Below, one piece after another: positions 42,029 to 55,660 of a stretch of DNA of 64,000 bases. The notes under the pieces are model-generated. The model searched no databases. It saw nothing but the letters and a program-made list of their open reading frames with translations, and was not told where the DNA came from. The position numbers and the translations under genes are program-made. The stretch is from Octopus vulgaris (Eukaryota). Location of the stretch: positions 9,300,001 through 9,364,000 of the forward strand of contig OX597828.1 of assembly GCA_951406725.2 (NCBI GenBank), in the 5' to 3' direction. Positions within the stretch are counted from its first letter, which is position 1, and each line of letters opens with the position of its first letter.

Positions 42029-42374
42029 TTACGAGTACATAACATATATACACAAACAAACACATATATATGCATATATATAGATGTAGATATGCATATA
42101 TGTATGTGTGTGTTTGTATGAGAATGTGCATTCATGCGTGTGTGTATGCATTTCTATATATAATATATATGTAATGATATATATGCCGAAATGTGTATTT
42201 AATAATCTAACGCAAAACATCTAATACGCGCTCATACTGTGTGTCCTGTAACTGCCTCTGTGTATCTTTGATACTTTCACTTTCTCTTCCACCTTTTTAA
42301 TATCTATGAAAGCGTGTATATATTAATGCATATCTGTTTTTATAGGTGTGTTCCTGTGTGTGCATGCGTGCGTG

Positions 42375-42414
<40 letters not shown>

Positions 42415-42995
42415 GCACAATTATATTTATACATATACATATATCGGTATGTATGTGTGTGCATATATATATATATAGTATATATATGCACACACATGCA
42501 TACCAATATATATATGTAATTATATATGTATATATACATATCAATATATATATACATACATATATATGTATATATATATATGTGGGTGTGTGTGTGCGTG
42601 TGTGTGCGTGTGCGCGTGTGTGCGTGTGTGTGTGTGTGTGTATAGTGGGTGTATGTGCATATTTCAAGCGAGCAAATGTGTATATAGAGAGCATTAACTC
42701 TGAACAATTCAAACGTTATATTTAGTTGCTTGAAAGTCAGCCTATGACTGTGTATGTTTTATTTATACCAAATTTATATATCAGAATATACAAAGCAAAC
42801 ATTGTTATACAGACATAAGCAAACCTATGCGTTCAAGTACACACTTACAAAGAGACATACGCTCACCCAGCTAAGAAACACACATGTATTTATACATATA
42901 ATTCAATATAAATATTTATATGTATTTGTGGCTGTGTGGGTTGTCTGTGTCCTTGTATACGTATACATATGTATTTATAAACACATATATGGGAA

Positions 42996-43041
<46 letters not shown>

Positions 43042-43298
43042 CTATGTTGCAATGATATATTGTCTTAATTAAGTTCGTTTCAATCATTATCATTGTTATA
43101 TTAAATATAAGGTTTATAGCTGTAACTGACGTGGCGCAGCTAAATGATACAAAGCTGAAAGGCCTAGATATAACTGTAAATTTCTAAAGATATAGTCATA
43201 AATTTAAATTTCAATTCAATATTTATTCAAATAAATCAGTATTTAATAGTCAATAAACTTACCAAATTGGGTGCGTATATATGTACACAAAACGCGCG

Positions 43299-43329
<31 letters not shown>

Positions 43330-43374
43330 GCATATATATATATATATATATATATAATTACATTTATATATATT

Positions 43375-43451
<77 letters not shown>

Positions 43452-43470
43452 GTACATATATGACACACTG
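41790..43470. repeat. Microsatellite-rich domain ((TCTA)n, (TA)n, (TG)n, (CA)n)
   Basis: Directly visible. Accounts for the YI/HT/VC ORFs. Confidence 0.95.
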
Positions 43471-43700
43471 TGTTAGAATACCTACAATGCTAGAAATGAG
43501 AGCTACAGTGCTCTGATATTGCAGTCAACGCACATACTTGTATATAATTATGTATAAAATTATGTGCGATGAGTGGAGCATTAGAGAACTTTAGTTCTTA
43601 TTGCTAGCATTGTAGGATTATAGATGTTCGAACACCCTCTGATATTCAATGACAATTATAGTTTTCTATTTTGGCCATGCATTATTAAACAGCTGGTTAC

Positions 43701-43778
<78 letters not shown>

Positions 43779-43899
43779 CAATATACCTATCAAGATAGGG
43801 CATAATAATATTTTAGTGTATATATAGAGAGGTGAATACACGTATGGGCACATACATACGTGCATGTGAGTATATATATTTATATATACATACATACAT

Positions 43900-44012
43900 A
43901 GAATAATACTTGGCTTACAAAGAATAAGTCCTGGGGGCGATTTGCTTGACTAAAAGTTGCTCCAGCATAGCCACAGTCAAATGACTGAAACATGTAAAAG
44001 AATAAAAAGAGA
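43900..44012 (+). mobile_element. 3' module of SINE family B
   Basis: ggcttacaaagaataagtcctgggg..ctccagcatagccacagtcaaatgactgaaac matches 15470-15551. Confidence 0.85.
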
Positions 44013-44742
44013 GTATATATATAGGGCTAGCCAAAAGTCACGCGACAGTAAATCGAAATTCGATAACTACTATCTGTAACTCTGTATCGTCTCGAACGGA
44101 AAAATGTGTCGCTCAAGAAGGATTTCAGTTTGAACTATTTTCATGATGCTTCATATTTAAAGGATTTACTGGCAGGTGACTTGGCATGTCAAGGTATTAT
44201 TGCAATACGGCCGTTCCAGGCGGCTCCATTTATTCGAACAATGCAAGCATTACATCAATTTGGAATACAGTACCATCTTCAGTTGGAAATACATATTTTA
44301 GCAGTCAGGATATGCCATTATTATTTTTAGCAAATATTTCATCAGAGCTGGAGATGGAAGGAATTCCATACTGCTACTACCGTGACAGAATAAGCTTAAA
44401 GAGGAACAACAACTTTTTAATGACAGAAGTGGAAACACAGTGGGGGTTATGAGATCGGTAAATTAGCTAAAATTTTTATCTATCATCTTGTCAACATCGA
44501 AATATCTAATGCAGCTATCATTAAGACACTAGGAGTCGACAGTTAAATTCTAGTCGCAAGTGATAAATTAATATTGTTAGATATTCCCCCAAACCATAAT
44601 TCTGTATGGCTGTAGATTCACTTGACCACACATATATATACCTTATTAAAAAATAACCTTAAAAAATAACCTTTGAAGGTTTTTTTTTCCATACTGAACA
44701 CTTGATAAAATCGTTACCTTATTTTTAAATTAACGATCTTAT

Positions 44743-44816
<74 letters not shown>

Positions 44817-44899
44817 TGTATGGCCGCAGTCACATGACTGATACAAGTAAAACTATAAAGAATACTATACCATTCAGTTCATCTTTGAGGTAGAAGGAG

Positions 44900-45135
44900 A
44901 TTTGTTAGTCTTTCGTTCAACTTTTACATGCGATAACAGCTGTTCCACACAATCTCCCAAATGTCTAATGCACGGACATTGAATTATTGCATGCAAGACG
45001 GTTTTGTCCCCTTGCAAGCAATTAAGCTGTTGGCACTCCCATGTCTGAAGAGCTTGTTCCGAAAGAGCAATGCCCCTCTGTAGCACTGCCAAGTCAAAGA
45101 CTTTAGGAAATTGTCCGAAGAATCTCGGCATTGAA
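44900..45135 (-). mobile_element. L1/Tx1-type LINE ORF2 zinc-finger region relic
   Basis: DNFLKSLTWQCYRGAL.FRNKLFRHG, then a frameshift to NCLQGDKTVLHAIIQCPCIRHL..VEQLLS (zf-RVT-like C..ET..H...CP). Confidence 0.7.
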
Positions 45136-45369
45136 AAGAACAGTACAAGTAATCTCTCGAAGAGACTACTTAAAGTAGATTCACTCCTACGCCATCACCA
45201 ATCATGCCATCAGCTAACCCCCTGTAGAAATCTTGGGTTGTCCTCCCGCTAACAGTTTTGAGCAACCGGTGCAATGCAGTGAGATAGTACTAAGAATAAT
45301 GATATTAATGGTAATAATAATAATCATAATAATATTAATATAAATAATAATAACATCACACTCGATAAA

Positions 45370-46010
45370 GCATATGAAAGAAGAGAATAATACCAAAGCC
45401 AGACATGCATATACTTAGGAATCAATAAACTAGATGCGGTTCAACACACACAAACGAAAGAGAAAAGAGAATACTATAGATGAGTTAGGTTAATACTGTA
45501 AACAGATCTCAATGCGAAAAACAAGATAATAGGTATCATCACTCTAGCCGTACCAGTTGTAAGTAACATCTACAATATCCTTAACTGGGCAGTAAATGAA
45601 CTAATCAAAATAGTCAGGAAAACAGGAAAAATAACGACAGAATTTAGGATGCACCACACAAAATATGATATAGAAAGGTTATGTATATAACATATATAAG
45701 GTGGTAGAGACATTATACAGCTAGAAAACTATTAAAACTAACCATCATAGGACTAAAAAATGTTCTTCAGAAGCTTGGAAAACTAATACAACTCGCCACA
45801 AATCACGAAGAAAACAAAAGACTGTTTTAAGTCTTTAAGGAAAGTGAAAATACAGACATGAAGTCATACTATCTAGTAACAATGAAGAAAAGAAAGAAAC
45901 AACAAAATTTGTAAAACAAGTGAAATCCCCCCCCAAAAAAACTGGAACGGGAACGGTTGTCGATAAAACAATAACAAGAAAAGCCCCTTCATGGCAAATA
46001 CTGGATTAAA
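45370..46010 (+). mobile_element. Dong/R4-type LINE RT C-terminal region relic
   Basis: YLGI..KEKREYYR*VRLIL*TDLNAKNKIIGIITLAVPVV..LNW..RKT..MHHTKYDIERL..GGR..QLE..KPLHGKYW, preceded by degenerate (AAT)n. Confidence 0.85.
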
Positions 46011-46297
46011 GCTCCCACAGAATCTAACAGAACAAACAAGACCGAACGTTCTAGCAGCTTAAAGGCGCAACACTTTTCGCTAGCCAATATGCTTTCCCAA
46101 GTATCGCTATACTTCCTATACCGTTTGGCACTTGGAGATTTTCAAATCAGAATATTGCTATTTTTGAAATGGCCAACCGCGCCGGAAACAATGGATGGAT
46201 AAAATAAGAACTATTTGAACACTGAACTCGATGTAATCGACTTACTTCCTCCCCAAAATTACTGGTAAATTCCAAAAAATTGAAACCATTATTATCC

Positions 46298-46367
<70 letters not shown>

Positions 46368-46386
46368 CATCATCATCATCATCATC

Positions 46387-46439
<53 letters not shown>

Positions 46440-46448
46440 ATTATTATT

Positions 46449-46968
46449 CTCTGTTTGACTTTTGCTTTACATTTGTACGAGTTGGCTCCAAGTCTCACCC
46501 AGAGACCTCAAGAGAAAACAAGTTGGAAGTTCATGCTGTTGTTATGCCTAAGGTTGCCATATATTTGGTTTTGTACTTAGTGTTGTACTAGTGAATTTTT
46601 AAGAAACCATAAGAACATGAGTGGTTGTATACTGCCAACTTAACGTGACAGTCCCGTATGGGAATTACACTACAGCTGTTTAGCCCTAGGAAGCATCGAA
46701 CGCTTCCTGTCGGCTTTGACACGTTTTCTGTGTCCTTTGTTTTAAAACTTGAGATTACATAGAAAGTATTTTGCGTAGGATATGAGCAGTTCCCATGAGC
46801 ACTATCTTTTGAATTTCTGCCGTTTTTGGGCTTCCTGGTATCTGAGCTAGGCAGCAATCAGCCCATTTTACTATCATTCTCAACAAAGGGTATTGTTTTA
46901 GTCTTCAGGTTCTACATTTTGCTAATTTCTATTTCAAGATCTTTATATTTGCTCAGTTTTTGATAGGT
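46449..46968 (-). mobile_element. REL LINE 3' end (C-terminus + ~300-nt 3' UTR) between (TTA)n arrays
   Basis: YQKLSKYKDLEIEISKM*NLKTKTIPFV..IPGSPKTAEIQKIVLMGTAHILRKILSM*. Arrays at 46298-46448 and 46972-47064. Confidence 0.88.
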
Positions 46969-46970
46969 CT

Positions 46971-47046
<76 letters not shown>

Positions 47047-47064
47047 CATTATTATTATTATTAT

Positions 47065-47442
47065 TCCTTCATAACACAGTGTGGTAAAAATTTACCGGAG
47101 TTTTTAGTCATCTGTCAAGTCACAAAAAGGACCTCAGACAGATGATACTTTACTTAAGATGTGCGCTGTGCCCAATAAGTCTACTTTTTGCAAGACATGA
47201 ATCTTGCATGGGATTTCCAGTTGCCTTAAGAAGTTTTTAAGTTTCAATGGGATTGAGTCGAGCGCTCCGATCACCACTGGTATCACTTTTACATTACCCT
47301 CTCGCATTCCATTCAGTATTGCTATTTCCACTTTCAATTCGGAGTATTTGGTGAATTTTTCAACCTCATTACTCACAACACTCATGTCATTTCGTATGGC
47401 TACATCAATGATATTACAGTATTTGTCTCTCTTATTCAATAA
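47065..47442 (-). mobile_element. Second, different REL LINE 3' end between (TTA)n arrays
   Basis: ORF 47134-47439: CNIIDVAI..EVEKFTKYSELKVEI..VKVIPVVIGALDSIP..LQKVDLLGTAHILSKV. Confidence 0.88.
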
Positions 47443-47513
<71 letters not shown>

Positions 47514-47521
47514 CATTACTT

Positions 47522-47740
47522 AAGGCGGGGTACTGGCAGAATCGTTAGCACACCGGGCAAAATACTTAGTGGCATTTCGCCTGTCTTCGGGTTTTGATTT
47601 CAAATTCCACCGAGATCGATTTTACCGTTCATCCTTTCGGAGTCGATAAATCAAGAACCTGTGAAACACTGAGGCCGATGCAATCGACGAGTCCCTTCTC
47701 CCAAAATTTAAGTGCCTTTAGTAGAAAGGGTTATTAATAT
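47522..47740 (+). mobile_element. SINE family A with alternative tail
   Basis: Head and core as in 27898-28060. The tail ends in tagtagaaagggttatt. Confidence 0.85.
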
Positions 47741-48622
47741 TCTTATTATTATTGTTTGTAATTCTAGTAATAGTAGTTATATTGCTAGTAGTAGTAGTAG
47801 TAGTATCACTAGTAGCAGTAGCAGGAGTAACATCTGCTTTAGTTGTAGCAGTAGCAGCTGCACCACCAACAGTAGTCGTAGTCGTAGTAGTAGTAGTTGT
47901 TGTTATTTTTGGTATTCTTGTTGTAGCACTAGTAGTGCTGATATAAAGCTTCTTGCAGTAAATAATAAACGAACAGCAGGCTCATTAGAAAACAAACAGA
48001 ATCAGAAACAACATAGGACCATTCATGTACAAATATCCAAGAGAGTGTTCACGGCTGCTTTGTGTACTTCTGCAGCCATGTAGCCTACCATCAACCTTCC
48101 CTGGATAGGGTGATTAGACCTCAGTTGCACAACATTCAATGGAAGCAAATGTAGAAAACACCGAGAATCCAAAGTTTGTCCTATCCTCACAACTCACAAC
48201 CGGTTTGATGCTGCGATGTGTTCCAATTAATCGCGCCTCGTGATGTAGTGCTGAAGAGAAAGTGAAATAAATTGCAATAAGCAAGGGTGCAGAGACTTTC
48301 TGTAGTTGATACAGAAAGAATAATGGGAAGATAATGGCAATGATAAAGTATTAAGAATGAAAAGAAGAGGTTACCTTGCTAATTTGAAGAGAGCTAAGTG
48401 ACCAGTAGCATATGATAGACTGTTGGTGAAAGCGACACCAATAGATTGCGAACACCGACTGGAGCATAACCAATCTGACTGTGTCTCAAAATTTCGGCCA
48501 AATCAGATATTCTTCACATTTCAAATTAAAAAGAAAACAAAGCTAATATGCGTAGCTGTGGCTGTGTGGTAAGAAGTTTGTTTCCCAACCACCTGTTTCC
48601 GTGTTCATTCCCACTGTTGGCA

Positions 48623-49120
48623 TGCATAAGATCTGGTCATCAAATCTGGTCATGCATCAAATCTAAGTAGAGACTTCAAACTTGAAATATTCAAAGCCAC
48701 AGTCGAACCAATCCTACTATATGGCTCAGAAACCTGGACGTTATCAAAGAAGCTTGAGAGGCGGTTGGATGGAACCTACACTCGCCTCCTTATGAGAGCT
48801 CAAAATCTCTCGTGGAGGCGCCATCCAACTAAAATGCAAATATATGGGAAATTACCGCCTGTGTCATCTCTTGTGAAGGGTAGGAGAGTCCAGTTTGCTG
48901 GACATTGTTGTAGAGCTGAAAAAGAAGTAATTTCTACTCTTCTCCTCTGGAAGCCATCTACTCGCAACACCAGAGGGCGCACACTCTCCTACCCTGATGT
49001 AATCTCCAGGGATACAGGCATCCAGCAACAGGACCTCCGTAATGCTATGATGGACCGTGAAGTCTGGCGCAACATGGTAAATTCCATTGTCTCGACCACG
49101 GTCGAACAATGATGATGATG
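48623..49120 (+). mobile_element. 5'-truncated RTE-clade LINE with (GAT)n tail and 10-bp TSD
   Basis: KLEIFKATVEPILLYGSETWTL..RLDGTYTRLLMRAQNLSW..RRVQFAGHC.R..LLLWKP..RGR..DREVWR. TSD actgttggca at 48613-48622 and 49121-49130. Confidence 0.93.
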
Positions 49121-49229
49121 ACTGTTGGCAACTTGGACAAGTATTTTGTACTAGGGCAGACCAAAGCCTTGTTAGTGGATATATTAGACGGAAACTCTAA
49201 GAAACACGTTGTGTATATATATAAATATA

Positions 49230-49402
49230 TATATAATACGATAAAAAATGGGACAAGAACGAAAAACATAAGGACAAGTAGGTGATACAAAAAGGGACAA
49301 CAAAACATCCTGACAGACAATACAAAAAGAAAACACAAAAGAAACACGGATGTGTCATTCGAAGCCATTTATCTTCAATCAAGAACCGGATCACCATCGC
49401 AA
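49230..49402 (-). repeat. (TA)n-inserted repeat module, homologous to 61420-61550
   Basis: Shared gatccggttc..ga.tgaagat..ggcttcga.tgacac and cgttcttgtccca. Confidence 0.75.
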
Positions 49403-49807
49403 TATATATATATATATCTGTGTGTGTGTTTGTCATTGTCCTCCATTACCGCTTGACAATTAGTGTTGGTGTGCTTATGTCCCCGCAAATTAGTGGTTCG
49501 GCAAAAATTGATTAATAGAATAAGTAGGCTTAAAAATAGTCCTTGAGTCGATTTGTCTTACTAAAACCCTATATCGTGGAGTGAAATAAGTAAAAGACTA
49601 AAGATAAAGAATAAAGAGTCAAGATAGAAGGTGTGTTAGGGAAGGAAGCTAACATGAATCGTTTTGTATCACGCTCTGATTCACGTTGGCATCTCATAAT
49701 TAACCTCTAATTCTTCCATGTGAAGCATTCGTATTGTAAGTTTGGCATATTATTATCAATTGAGAAATCGCTTCTACCATTTTTAATATGCTTCTTCCAA
49801 TATATAA

Positions 49808-50165
49808 TCCTCCTCCTCATCATCATCATCCTCATCCTCCTCCACCTCATCATCATCATCGTATTCTTTTTATTCTTCATCTCCTCCTTCTCCTCCTCCA
49901 CCTCCTCCTCCTCCTCCTCCTCCTTTTTCTTCTCCTCCTTCTCTTTCTTCTTCATCTTTTTCTTCTTCTTTTCTTCTTCTTTTTCTTCTTCTTCTTCTTC
50001 TTTTCTTCTTCTTCTTCTTCTTCTAATACATTATTATTATTAATATTATTATTATTATTATTATTATTATTGTTATTATCATTATCATTATTATTATTGT
50101 TATTATTATTTATTATTATCATTGCTGTTATTATTATTATTATTATTTATTATTACCAACATTAT
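49808..50165. repeat. Compound trinucleotide tract (CTC/CAT/TTC/TTA)
   Basis: Directly visible. Confidence 0.95.
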
Positions 50166-50736
50166 TATATCAAAAGTAAATTAATCTATATGTTTATTTA
50201 CTCAGTAAATGTATAACAATGCAAAACATTGAAATAAAAAAACAAAAACAAAAAAAACGGGAAAAAAAAACAAAAACAGTTACAAATCATGAATCAAGTG
50301 AGATACCACAAAAGGAGAGGAAAATTAAATTTATTTATGAATACCAATCAAAGAAGTCAAAAGAACAGTACAAAAATATATCAAACAAATAAATATTAAC
50401 AATAATAACGAGCAGAAAAATGACGATGATGATGATGATGATGATGATAAATACTAAGGAGGAGGAGGAGGTAGAAGGGATGATGATGTTGTTCATCATC
50501 ATCGTAATGATGAGGATGACCAAAATGGAGCAAAACCTAGAAGTAAAAGAAATAATGAAAAAAAAAGACCTTCAGCAAATAATATCAATAACAAATATGA
50601 GCCAATAATTGAGACTCTAGTAGTAACTGCATAACTAAAAAATAAACAACAAAACAAACTAAACAAAAGTGATCAGTATTCTCATTCATATATATATACA
50701 TATATATTTGCTTGTGTATGCTCGTTTATGTGTATG

Positions 50737-50868
<132 letters not shown>

Positions 50869-50881
50869 ATATATATAAAGA

Positions 50882-50933
<52 letters not shown>

Positions 50934-51747
50934 CACTCATACACGCACATATCTATATATATAATTACTTCTCTATGTTTATTAGTTTTAACAGCGCGTG
51001 ACCTTAGGTTGGTGAATTCGATTGGATCTCAAAGAGATATTATCTCATCAAACACAATTTAATTTCAACTCTGTTTTTGCAGTTAAGATGGATGTTAATA
51101 ATTTCCACTAGTGCCAAGACTTTTGGCGCCTGATTGTTACAATTGGGTCTTACTACAATTTTTTTTAACTAATACGCTTGTTATCAATTAGTTGATTTTC
51201 AACTATTTGTATAAACATTTCACTCATGTGTTATGCGCTGTGCTTCATTACTTGCGCATAAGTAAAACCTGGTTGGAGTTATAAATACATATCTACATTT
51301 ATGTTTATTGTTGGTATGTATTTGTTATAGACGCATGTCGAGGGTCCCGCACATATACTCACAGACACTGCATATTAAATATAATATATATATATATATG
51401 CGCACGTGTGTGTACGTGTTTGTTTACAGTTTTACGTATATACATACATATTCATAATTACGTACATACGTATGTATATAAGCATGTACGTATGTCTGCA
51501 TGCTTATGCATGTATGTGTATATGTATGTAAGTATGTAGGAAAGTATGTATGTATGCATGTATGCGTGTATGTATGTATAAACACATTCATATTTAAGTG
51601 GGAGTAAGAGAAAAGGAAATGCGTTTGTTTTTACTAATGGTTCAATGCGCAAATCGACTATAGACGTCCTTAACGACTTCTATATATATTTAATAGTTAC
51701 AGAAGATATTTCTAAATAAATATTAAATATTCATTAATATATACTTA

Positions 51748-51787
<40 letters not shown>

Positions 51788-51795
51788 TATATATA

Positions 51796-51838
<43 letters not shown>

Positions 51839-51887
51839 ATGTATGTATGTATGTATGTATGTATGTATGTATGTATGTATATATTTA

Positions 51888-52193
51888 TGCGCCCCTTTCA
51901 AGCGTAGCCAGGCTCATGGACCCTTTTTACCCGGTTTTTGTGGCGTATGTGTCCCCCCACCCCGCCGCTGGAAGGGATGCCTGTCCATCGCATCGTTACT
52001 CAGGAAGGGAGAGTGGGAGAAAGTTGCGGCGAAAGTGTACAACAGGGGTCGCCCCCCCCCCCCCTGCCAGAGTCTCGTTGAACTTTTAGGTGTTTTCGCT
52101 CAATAAACACATACAACACCCGGTTTGGGCATCGAAACCGCGATCCTCCGACCGCAAGTCCGCTGCCCTAGCCACTGGGCCATTGCGCCTTCA
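51888..52193 (-). mobile_element. SINE family C (head X + tail T1)
   Basis: A-box tggcccagtgg on the minus strand. Tail shared with 58825-58930. Confidence 0.88.
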
Positions 52194-52218
52194 CACACAT
52201 ACGCACACACACACACAC

Positions 52219-52259
<41 letters not shown>

Positions 52260-52334
52260 TGCAACACCCTAACTACTAGACCATGAGTCTTCACATAAAT
52301 AAATAAACAAATATACAAATGAATAAATAAATAA

Positions 52335-52403
<69 letters not shown>

Positions 52404-52676
52404 GTGTGTGTGATTGTGTATAGAAGAATATATTAATAAAAAGAATTCCAACCTTGTCTGATTTTCACGTTTTATTTACAATCTTATAATGATATATTAT
52501 AAGATAATATATTATAATTGAATAAAATAAAATGAAATAGTAGAATGTTAAATATTCATTCTGATTGAACTAGTACTTTCATGCATTGAATTCTGCAATC
52601 TTCGGGTTCATGTAGTAGTGTTGACAGTCATGCTTCACAATTTTTGACTGTATATATATATATATATATATACACT

Positions 52677-52755
<79 letters not shown>

Positions 52756-52784
52756 ATGCATGTATATATATATAGGCACACGGG

Positions 52785-53070
52785 CGAGGGCTCCTGGTGA
52801 GAAGCTTGCTTCCCAACCACATGATTCCAGGTTCAGCCTAACTGCGTGGCACCTTGGGTGAATGTCTACTGCAGCTTCGTACTAACCAAATCTCTGAGTG
52901 GATTTTTTCACAGAATATATGTGCGTGTGTGTGCCCTTGTTGGTGTGTGCCCTTGTTGGTGTATTTGTCCTCCACAACCGCTCGATCATAGGTGTTGTTG
53001 TGTAAACAAATTTCAGGCAAAAGAGAAAAACGCAATGAAAACAAACAGGTTCCTGCCTGTCTTTGGATGA
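52785..53070 (+). mobile_element. SINE family B, diverged
   Basis: gcttgcttcccaaccacatgattccaggttcag..ctgcgtggcaccttggg. Confidence 0.75.
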
Positions 53071-53142
53071 CAAAAAGCTTTAAACAAACGTGTCTCAATT
53101 GTGCCTTTACTCTGTGTGTCAACAACAACAATAAATAATAAT

Positions 53143-53360
53143 AAAAATCCTTTCTACTATAAGCAGAAGGCCCAGATTTTTGTGGGGAGGGTAACAATCG
53201 AACACATGGACACTAGTGCTTGACCGGTACTTAATTTATCAATCCCGAAAGGATGAAAGGCAAAGTCGATCACGGCGAATGTGAACTGAGAACGTAACCG
53301 CAGACGAAATGCCACCTAGCATTTCGCCCGGTGTGCTAACGATTCTGCCGCCTCGCTTCC
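53143..53360 (-). mobile_element. SINE family A with alternative tail
   Basis: cccgaaaggatgaaaggcaaagtcga core. Tail as at 47522-47740. Confidence 0.85.
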
Positions 53361-53372
53361 TTAATAATAATA

Positions 53373-53403
<31 letters not shown>

Positions 53404-53404
53404 T

Positions 53405-53782
53405 GGAAGCACTCCGTCGGTTACGACGACGAGGGTTCCGGTTGATCCGAATCAACGGAACAGCCTGCTCGTGAAATTAACGTGTAAGTGGCTGAGCACT
53501 CCACAGACACGTGTACCCTTAACGTAGTTCTCGGGGATATTCAGCGTGACACAGAGAGTAACAAGGCCGGCACTTTGAAATACAAGTACAACAGAAACAG
53601 GAAGTAAGAGTGAGAGAAAGTTGTGGTGAAAGAGTACAGCAGGGATCACCACCATCCCATGCCAGAGCCTCGTGGAGCCTTAGGTGTTTTCGCTCAATAA
53701 ACACTCACAACGCCCGGTCTGGGAATCGAAACTGCGATCGATCCTATGACCGCGAGTCCGCTGCCCTAACCACTGGGCCATT
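53405..53782 (-). mobile_element. SINE family C (head X + tail T2)
   Basis: Head as in 51888-52193, tail as in 2400-2567. Confidence 0.88.
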
Positions 53783-54683
53783 ATTATTAATAATAATAAT
53801 AATGACAATGATAATGATAATAATGATAGCAAGAGCACTCAACAACTTATTTTTGTTCACAAAAATGCGATGGCACTAGCGACTTGACATTATAAGTTAC
53901 GTTATTTTACGTTGGATGACATAGTGCTACTTCTTATTAATTAATTAATGTTATTGAACCTACAGTTAAACGATTGATATATCTCAATTCAAGACAATAG
54001 CCGATTACTAGCGAAATATGTGAGACAGTCTCGTTAGAAATTTCGTGAAATTTAAAATTCATTAAAAATTTCCTTAAATTTGGAAAAAAAAATTTGGCTA
54101 AGAATAGTTGGCCTTAATTTTGCTAAAAGAGAGGATCCTCGATACTATCGGAATCAAAGTACGGTGTCATTGTTAATAGAGCCATCCTTTGTAATGCTTT
54201 ATTTCTTGCAGGTACATGTTGATGTTTACGAGGTGAAAGAGAATATAGAAAGTATTTTGTCACGAATAACCGAGATGGCATAAGCTTACATATCTCTCTA
54301 ATTTTGAAGTACCGAGAAAAAGTGATGCATGAAGGAAATTTTTTCACTGTCCCTAAATGGAAAGCTTTGCTCATTTCAAAATAAGCTTATAGTTGAAGTG
54401 ACGGACTATCGTGTGATATCTATCTTATCACCAAATGCAGTGAAAATATTTTTATAGACAACTAATTTGGAGCACTAGAATGAGAGAATATGTGTATAAT
54501 TTTTGCTATCTTATTTCGCAATCTTGCATATGATATAAATGCAACTAATTTCAGCCTAATGAACGTTCGGCAGTAGGTAAAACATTAATAAATGTGGGCA
54601 TAATAGCATTTATGTAATACAAGATTTAACAGACTTTCGGAAAAGTTTTGTGCGAAAACCTATCAAATTTAAAGACTTTGGGT

Positions 54684-54737
54684 GCGCGCGTGCATAATCT
54701 GCATGAACTAATGTTCATGCAGATTATGCACGCGCGC
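54684..54737. repeat. Perfect 25-bp inverted repeat with 4-nt loop
   Basis: gcgcgcgtgcataatctgcatgaac-taat-gttcatgcagattatgcacgcgcgc. Confidence 0.95.
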
Positions 54738-54879
54738 GGGTTCACACTCACGCACGCAGGCACATGCACATATGCTCACACACATACAGCCAAGTTCACC
54801 TACGTACACACACACACATATATGTATGTATGTCATTATTCAGTTTATTTCAAGATATTTTGTCAATAGAGAAAGAACC

Positions 54880-55279
54880 GATTTCTATATATATATATAT
54901 ATATATGTGTGTGTATGTATGTATGTATATATGTAGTAACTATGTATATATATATATATATATATATGTCGTAAGTATGTATATATATACATATATATAT
55001 GTATATTTATATTATATATATATGTATGTATAAATATATACATGAATATATACATACATGTATACAAACATACGCACACACGCATATATATGTATATGTA
55101 TACATGAATGTATATAGGTAGATAGCAAGGCAGGACCATAATTTCTTTCTTCTCGGGAGATGTTGGGTTATATTGAGTCATGTAAAAAATGTATAGAAAA
55201 ATGTATATAAATATGAAATTAGTTGATTATAAAATAGGGGTATTTGTTCCAGTTTATATATATATATATATATATATAC

Positions 55280-55340
<61 letters not shown>

Positions 55341-55402
55341 CATAGATAGATATACATACATATATATTATATGATATATATATATGCATATATATGTATT
55401 TG

Positions 55403-55464
<62 letters not shown>

Positions 55465-55521
55465 GGTACATATAAGTATATATATATATTTGTGTATATA
55501 ACTGTATGCATATATATGTAT

Positions 55522-55613
<92 letters not shown>

Positions 55614-55660
55614 ATGTATGTATCTATGTATATATGTATGTATGTTTTATGTGTATGCAT
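54880..55660. repeat. (TA)/(TG) microsatellite-rich domain
   Basis: Directly visible. Similar domains lie at 50690-50960 and 60200-60560. Confidence 0.95.

Larger units (their letters stand above)
48550..49620 (+). mobile_element. SINE family B split by two later insertions
   Basis: Head 48550-48622, resumes 49121-49215, resumes again 49415-49620. Confidence 0.8.

Noticed and set aside
54212-54283. Acceptor-like tttatttcttgcag followed by VHVDVYEVKENIESILSRITEMA*
   Set aside because: Short, no recognisable homology and no partner exons. Needs RNA-seq.
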